A DNA stretch of 36,008 nucleotides from Candidatus Nomurabacteria bacterium. Lineage in GTDB: Bacteria; Patescibacteriota; Minisyncoccia; Phycocordibacterales; UBA9973. Position numbers and translations under genes: made by a program. Where the stretch lies: positions 1-36,008 of the forward strand of contig CALRCO010000002.1 of the NCBI GenBank assembly GCA_943354645.1, written 5' to 3'. This document shows positions 1 to 3,300 of this stretch, in pieces. The notes under the pieces are model-generated. The model worked only from the letters and a program-made list of their open reading frames with translations, made no database searches and was not told the origin of the DNA. Every line of letters begins with the position of its first letter. Within the stretch, counting starts at the first letter, position 1.

Positions 1-434
1 CTGAGAGGTTCTATCACTGCAAGGAGAACATATTTTCCAAAAGCAAGTTTATCAGATGAGTTCTTTTTCTTGTCAGTGGCATTGTTTTTTAAACACTCGA
101 TGGTAAAAGGGAGTTCATAGTTAGGATATTTTTCTCCTTTTGAAACTTTTTCATAGGACCAATTTTCTACGGCATAACCCCCCATACCAAATGTAATAGG
201 AGAACCGTAGGCCTTGATAAGAAAATCTTGTAAGAAAAGCTCTGTATGTGATGAATTCTTACTGTGGACTAAAACATAACCTTGTTCTCGAGCTCCATAC
301 CGTCCTTCATTTGTATCAGGATGCGCACTTACTTTGAAAAGGGTTATTGCTTCTTGCGTTTTTTCCGAAGCGTTTGCGTATGCGTTAATTGCTTCAAGGA
401 CTTCTTCTTCTGAGAGGAAATTGTAGGGCTTCAT
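1..434 (-). CDS. hypothetical protein, N-terminal 144 codons; the gene runs off the left edge
   Basis: Hand translation of the reverse strand from the ATG (complement of 432-434) gives MKPYNFLSEEEVLEAINAYANASEKTQEAITLFKV... It stays open to position 1. It is missing from the ORF track because the window truncates it. No family recognised. Confidence 0.55.
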   Translation of the reverse strand, partial: MKPYNFLSEEEVLEAINAYANASEKTQEAITLFKVSAHPDTNEGRYGAREQGYVLVHSKNSSHTELFLQDFLIKAYGSPITFGMGGYAVENWSYEKVSKGEKYPNYELPFTIECLKNNATDKKKNSSDKLAFGKYVLLAVIEPL

Positions 435-545
435 TTGTTTAAATTTTTCTCCATTATACACCATATACATATATTGTCAATATTCTTTTTTCACTTCATC
501 CCACTATAAAAGATGATATGATATAAGCACTCGTTTTTTGTGTCC

Positions 546-558
546 CTACTTACTACTA
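546..558 (+). repeat. CTACTTACTACTA leader motif, copy in the nrdB 5' leader
   Basis: Exact 13-mer in sense orientation, 35 nt upstream of the nrdB ATG. The same 13-mer lies upstream of uppP, rsmE and trxB. A partial second copy, CTACTTACTAA, is at 580-590. Confidence 0.7.
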
Positions 559-560
559 TC

Positions 561-576
561 TCCGCCAGCTGGCGGA
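561..576. promoter_or_regulatory. perfect 16-bp GC-rich palindrome TCCGCCAGCTGGCGGA in the nrdB leader (hairpin or operator)
   Basis: Perfect self-complementarity read directly. It is flanked on both sides by CTACTTACTA-type sequence and ends 17 nt before the nrdB ATG. Confidence 0.5.
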
Positions 577-593
577 TAACTACTTACTAATTT

Positions 594-1595
594 ATGGCTG
601 ACAAAAAAATCCTCAATAATTCTTCTACTGACCCGAACAAAATTCTCCCGATGACATATAAGTGGGCGCGTAAGCACTACAAAGATGGTGTGTCTAACAA
701 CTGGACACCTGATGAAGTGAGCATGCAGAAAGATGTGGAGACATGGAAAGCGCCAAACGGCCTCTCCGATGATGAGCGTCGGCTTATTATGTGGAATATG
801 GGATTTTTCTCTACTGCAGAATCGCTGACCGCAAACAATATCGTCCTTGCGATTTATCGCCACATTACCAATCCTGAATGTCGCCAGTATTTATTGCGCC
901 AAGCATACGAAGAAGCAGTGCACACGGATACGTTCATTTATTGCTGTGATAGTTTGGGACTCAATCCGGATGAAGTCTATTCGATGTACCAGACGATACC
1001 GTCCATCAAAGCAAAAGATGATTTTGTGGTGGATATGACCAAATCTATTTTTGATGATAATTTTAAAACTGACTCGGTAGAAAATATTCAAAAATTTGTG
1101 CATGACTTGGTGGGGTACTACATCATCATGGAAGGTATTTTCTTTTATGCAGGATTTGTCATGATGCTTTCATTCTTGCGTCAAAATCGCATGACCGGTG
1201 TCGCAGAACAATTCCAATACATCTTGCGCGATGAATCAGTCCACTTGGCATTCGGTGCGGATCTCATCAATACCATTATTGAAGAAAATCCAACTATTTG
1301 GACCAATGAATTAAAAACAACGATCACAAATAATATTAAAAAAGCAGTTGATCTCGAAGTTGCCTATGCAAAAGACTGTCTCCCGCGCGGTATCTTAGGA
1401 CTTAATGCAGATGCAATCAAAACATATATTGAATACATCGCTGATCGACGTTTGGAACGCATTGGTCTTGAAAAAGTATACGGCAGTGAAAACCCATTCC
1501 CATGGATGAGTGAAATTATTGACCTCCGCAAAGAAAAGAATTTCTTTGAGACACGCGTTACCGAATACAAATCTGGGGGTACGCTTGAATGGTAA
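594..1595 (+). CDS. nrdB: ribonucleotide reductase beta subunit (R2), class Ic-like: Phe at the radical-Tyr position and Glu as the first metal ligand
   Basis: 333-aa ORF with the R2 ferritin-like metal motifs FFSTAESL, EEAVH, IMEGIFFYAGF and RDESVH. The C-terminus NFFETRVTEYK is typical of R2. Phe114 (933-935) sits four residues after His110. Confidence 0.93.
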   Translation: MADKKILNNSSTDPNKILPMTYKWARKHYKDGVSNNWTPDEVSMQKDVETWKAPNGLSDDERRLIMWNMGFFSTAESLTANNIVLAIYRHITNPECRQYLLRQAYEEAVHTDTFIYCCDSLGLNPDEVYSMYQTIPSIKAKDDFVVDMTKSIFDDNFKTDSVENIQKFVHDLVGYYIIMEGIFFYAGFVMMLSFLRQNRMTGVAEQFQYILRDESVHLAFGADLINTIIEENPTIWTNELKTTITNNIKKAVDLEVAYAKDCLPRGILGLNADAIKTYIEYIADRRLERIGLEKVYGSENPFPWMSEIIDLRKEKNFFETRVTEYKSGGTLEW

Positions 1596-1610
1596 AAAAA
1601 TAGGGAATAG

Positions 1611-1640
1611 AAAAACCACCGTTTTAACGCGGTGGTTTTT
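1611..1640. terminator. bidirectional intrinsic terminator shared by nrdB (+) and rnpB (-)
   Basis: AAAAACCACCG-loop-CGGTGGTTTTT: a GC stem flanked by an A-run and a T-run, lying between convergent genes. Confidence 0.8.
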
Positions 1641-1645
1641 CATAT

Positions 1646-1989
1646 TGTTGCTTCGTATCGATAAGCCGAATTCTGTATCCATCTTGCGACAGACGACAAT
1701 CATTTATCTAGCCCCTCGATTACTCTCGGGGTCAAGCAGCACTCTCATCTTGCGATGAGCACGGCCTTGCACAGGGGTAAGGATTTTGCCGTTTCAATCT
1801 CATGTCACCATGAGCGTCATCTTATCTTTCGACAAGAGCTTCTGTCTTTCGACTCGAGCGTCTCTGCTCGCACCTCTATGATTGCTCGCGACGGGCGTTA
1901 CCCGCTACCTTGCTGTGTACTTGCGTACACCTGTGTTCGGACTTTCCTCATCTACCTTTCGGTAAACGCAATTGTCTGATACGAAACAA
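1646..1989 (-). ncRNA. rnpB: RNase P RNA (bacterial type A-like), about 340 nt
   Basis: The reverse strand carries the conserved P4 strands GAGGAAAGUCCGAAC (complement of 1935-1949) and ACAGAAUUCGGCUUAUCG (complement of 1659-1676). It also has GGUAACGCC and AGAUAAAUGAUUGUC blocks. The 5' UUGUUUCGUAUC (1978-1989) pairs with the 3' GAUACGAAGCAA (1648-1659) as P1. The region is a GC-rich island in AT-rich DNA. Ends are good to about 5 nt. Confidence 0.9.
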
Positions 1990-1993
1990 AATT

Positions 1994-2021
1994 ATTATAC
2001 CTATTTTTTTCTTTTTTGCAA
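1994..2021 (-). promoter_or_regulatory. sigma70-type promoter for rnpB (TTGCAA-16-TATAAT)
   Basis: On the reverse strand, TTGCAA is at 2016-2021 and TATAAT at 1994-1999. The predicted start falls at about 1987-1989, matching the 5' strand of P1. Confidence 0.7.
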
Positions 2022-2062
2022 ACTATGGATATGACAAGAAAATTCTATGCTAAAATAATCAC

Positions 2063-2473
2063 ATGGTTGAATGGTATAAAAAAGTAAATACATTTTTTGA
2101 TAAATTCGAAGACAAGATTCGCGGATGGTTGTCGCATCATCCTATTTTGTATACATTTATCGCCGGCGTCGCGATTGTCTTATTTTGGCGCGGTGTCTGG
2201 CATACCGCAGATACTATTCCATGGCTCACTGGCCCTGTCTCTATGATCATTGCTATCGTCATACTGCTTGCGATTGGTGTATTCGTTTCTGAATTCGTAG
2301 GAGATATGATCATCATGTCGGGTATTAAAAAAGAAAAGAAGGTGATTGATAAGACAGAAGATGAAGTGAAAGAAGAAATGTCGCGCATTGATAAGATTGA
2401 AACGACACTCGAAAAAATCGAAGAAAGTATAGACACTATTCGTGAAGAACAAGATATCCACCACGGCAGATAA
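2063..2473 (+). CDS. hypothetical membrane protein with two TM helices and an acidic coiled-coil tail
   Basis: 136-aa ORF with hydrophobic stretches ILYTFIAGVAIVLFW and VSMIIAIVILLAIGVFV and a C-terminal K/E-rich heptad-like region. An extended -10 (TGcTAAAAT, 2048-2056) ends 6 nt before the ATG, so the mRNA is probably leaderless. Confidence 0.75.
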   Translation: MVEWYKKVNTFFDKFEDKIRGWLSHHPILYTFIAGVAIVLFWRGVWHTADTIPWLTGPVSMIIAIVILLAIGVFVSEFVGDMIIMSGIKKEKKVIDKTEDEVKEEMSRIDKIETTLEKIEESIDTIREEQDIHHGR

Positions 2474-2480
2474 ATTTTAT

Positions 2481-2509
2481 TTGACAATAGATGAGCTATC
2501 TGATATACT
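2481..2509 (+). promoter_or_regulatory. near-perfect sigma70 promoter (TTGACA-17-TATACT)
   Basis: TTGACA at 2481-2486, a 17-nt spacer, TATACT at 2504-2509. It starts 8 nt after the stop of the preceding gene. Confidence 0.75.
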
Positions 2510-2515
2510 GTGTTG

Positions 2516-2590
2516 GTGAGTGAATGGCCCGCAGTTTTAAACAACACAAACATTGGCACAACTTCCCCGCAAGGGGATTTTGTGTTTTTG
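2516..2590 (+). ncRNA. candidate small RNA (~75 nt) bounded by the consensus promoter and an intrinsic terminator
   Basis: The promoter is at 2481-2509. The terminator is stem TCCCC-GCAA-GGGGA (2564-2577) followed by TTTTGTGTTTTTG. The only ORF (27 aa, 2524-2607) reads through the terminator. No known family recognised. Confidence 0.4.
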
Positions 2591-2597
2591 TACTTAC

Positions 2598-2653
2598 TAA
2601 ACCCTAAACCCTAAACCCTAGACCCTAAACCCTAAACCCTAGACCCTAACCCC
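2598..2653. repeat. tandem heptamer array (TAAACCC)n, 8 units, telomere-like (TTTAGGG on the other strand)
   Basis: Units read directly: TAAACCC x3, TAGACCC, TAAACCC x2, TAGACCC, TAACCCC. A shorter array with the same lead-in, TACTAAACCC, is at 16611-16638. Confidence 0.9.
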
Positions 2654-2675
2654 TCCTTTTGCTATACTCTTTATG

Positions 2676-2796
2676 CAGTCGTTGTCGTGGTACATGGCTC
2701 TCGGCTGCACTCACTCAATGTTTGTGGTGGAGCTAGCACCCGAGAGCTTTGCATCACGATAATCAAAAAACACCGACAATTGTCGGTGTTTTTTGA
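2676..2796 (+). ncRNA. candidate small RNA (~115 nt): long imperfect hairpin plus intrinsic terminator
   Basis: An extended -10 (TGcTATACT, 2660-2668) lies upstream. Stem TCGTGGTACATGGCTCTCGG (2684-2703) pairs with CCGAGAGCTTTGCATCACGA (2740-2759). The terminator AAAAAACACCGACAATTGTCGGTGTTTTTT is at 2765-2794. The base of the stem is paralogous to the hairpin at 3021-3063. Confidence 0.45.
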
Positions 2797-2886
2797 TAGA
2801 ATTTTTATAAACCTGGATCCCTTATAAATTTTTCAATATTTTATTTTTTTTAAAAATTTATTTTGTTGAGAGAAAATATTATTTAT

Positions 2887-2926
2887 AAAAATTAAAATTT
2901 ATTTTTAAAAATAAATTTTAATTTTT
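2887..2926. repeat. perfect 40-bp A/T-only palindrome inside a ~150-bp stretch of <10% G+C
   Basis: AAAAATTAAAATTTATTTTT (2887-2906) is the exact reverse complement of 2907-2926. Confidence 0.9.
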
Positions 2927-2951
2927 TATTTCCAAAAAATATTTTCGTGAG

Positions 2952-2960
2952 TTATCCACA
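2952..2960 (+). promoter_or_regulatory. consensus DnaA box TTATCCACA
   Basis: Exact 9/9 match to the E. coli-type DnaA box consensus, directly next to the extreme AT-rich tract. Confidence 0.5.
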
Positions 2961-2978
2961 CATATGATGAAAAAAATA

Positions 2979-3007
2979 TTGTATTGCGATACGAACTATT
3001 ACATAAT
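2979..3007 (+). promoter_or_regulatory. sigma70-type promoter (TTGTAT-17-CATAAT)
   Basis: The hexamers and the 17-nt spacer were read directly. The promoter precedes the 3021-3063 hairpin and the 3093-3158 micro-ORF. Confidence 0.5.
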
Positions 3008-3020
3008 GTATTTGTAAGTC

Positions 3021-3063
3021 GTCGTGGTGATACACACAGTTGTGTGTGCGGTCGCATCACGAC
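3021..3063 (+). promoter_or_regulatory. 5' leader hairpin paralogous to the 2684-2759 hairpin
   Basis: GTCGTGGTGA...GCATCACGAC pairs at its base, with an inner ACACACA/TGTGTG stem. Both copies share AGTCGT(T/C)GTCGTGGT on the 5' side and GCATCACGA(T/C)AA on the 3' side. Confidence 0.45.
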
Positions 3064-3092
3064 AAATTAATTATTGTAATAAAAAAATTATT

Positions 3093-3158
3093 ATGGCAAA
3101 GAAAAAAGCAGCAAAGAAGGGAAAGAAAAAGGCAGCAGCAAAGAAAAAGCGAAGCTAG
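3093..3158 (+). CDS. possible micro-ORF encoding a 21-aa Lys/Ala-rich basic peptide (MAKKKAAKKGKKKAAAKKKRS)
   Basis: ATG to TAG, translated by hand. A promoter and leader hairpin lie upstream and a weak hairpin plus T-run downstream. It is below the ORF-track size cutoff, and AAG/AAA-rich sequence can give such an ORF by chance. Confidence 0.3.
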   Translation: MAKKKAAKKGKKKAAAKKKRS

Positions 3159-3205
3159 TCCTTCTCATGTCCACACAAAAGACTCCTCCTATCAAGGGGT
3201 TTTTT

Positions 3206-3257
3206 GTTTACCCGCCTAAGTTTTTAAAGCTGCGCTTAAAAATTTTGGCGGGTAAAC
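3206..3257. repeat. TTTACCCGCCTAA hairpin module, copy 1
   Basis: GTTTACCCGCC (3206-3216) pairs with GGCGGGTAAAC (3247-3257). An inner stem TTTTTAAAGC/GCTTAAAAA lies between them. The 13-mer TTTACCCGCCTAA recurs at 13824-13836 and 19082-19094. Confidence 0.75.
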
Positions 3258-3262
3258 AGTCC

Positions 3263-3290
3263 TTCAAAAAAGTGCCAAATATGCTATAAT
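3263..3290 (+). promoter_or_regulatory. secA promoter (TTCAAA-16-TGcTATAAT), near-leaderless
   Basis: The extended -10 ends at 3290 and the secA ATG is at 3301, 10 nt later. No Shine-Dalgarno sequence is present. Confidence 0.6.
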
Positions 3291-3300
3291 CAGCATTCAT

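Noticed and set aside
1395-1979. ORFs of 74-102 aa on both strands between nrdB and the 2063 gene
   Set aside because: They overlap the RNase P RNA gene, whose conserved P4 strands and P1 pairing account for the region.
2137-2559. 140-aa and 94-aa minus-strand ORFs overlapping the 2063..2473 gene
   Set aside because: They are antisense to a plausible TM/coiled-coil protein with its own promoter. Their translations are Ser/Ile-rich and low-complexity.
2524-2607. 27-aa ORF MARSFKQHKHWHNFPARGFCVFVLTKP as a real small protein
   Set aside because: The frame runs through the intrinsic terminator hairpin and stops only inside the heptamer array. A terminated transcript would lack the stop codon. 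It is retained only as a remote possibility.
2598-2653. Heptamer array as a genuine chromosome end or eukaryotic (plant) contamination
   Set aside because: The array is internal and only 56 bp long. It is flanked on both sides by bacterial promoters, terminators and genes in one continuous sequence. A related mini-array sits next to ftsZ. Read-level verification is still advisable.
2598-3066. CRISPR array
   Set aside because: There are no direct repeats of 25-40 nt separated by unique spacers. The heptamers are contiguous, and the two hairpins are 340 nt apart with promoters and terminators between them. No cas genes are in the window.
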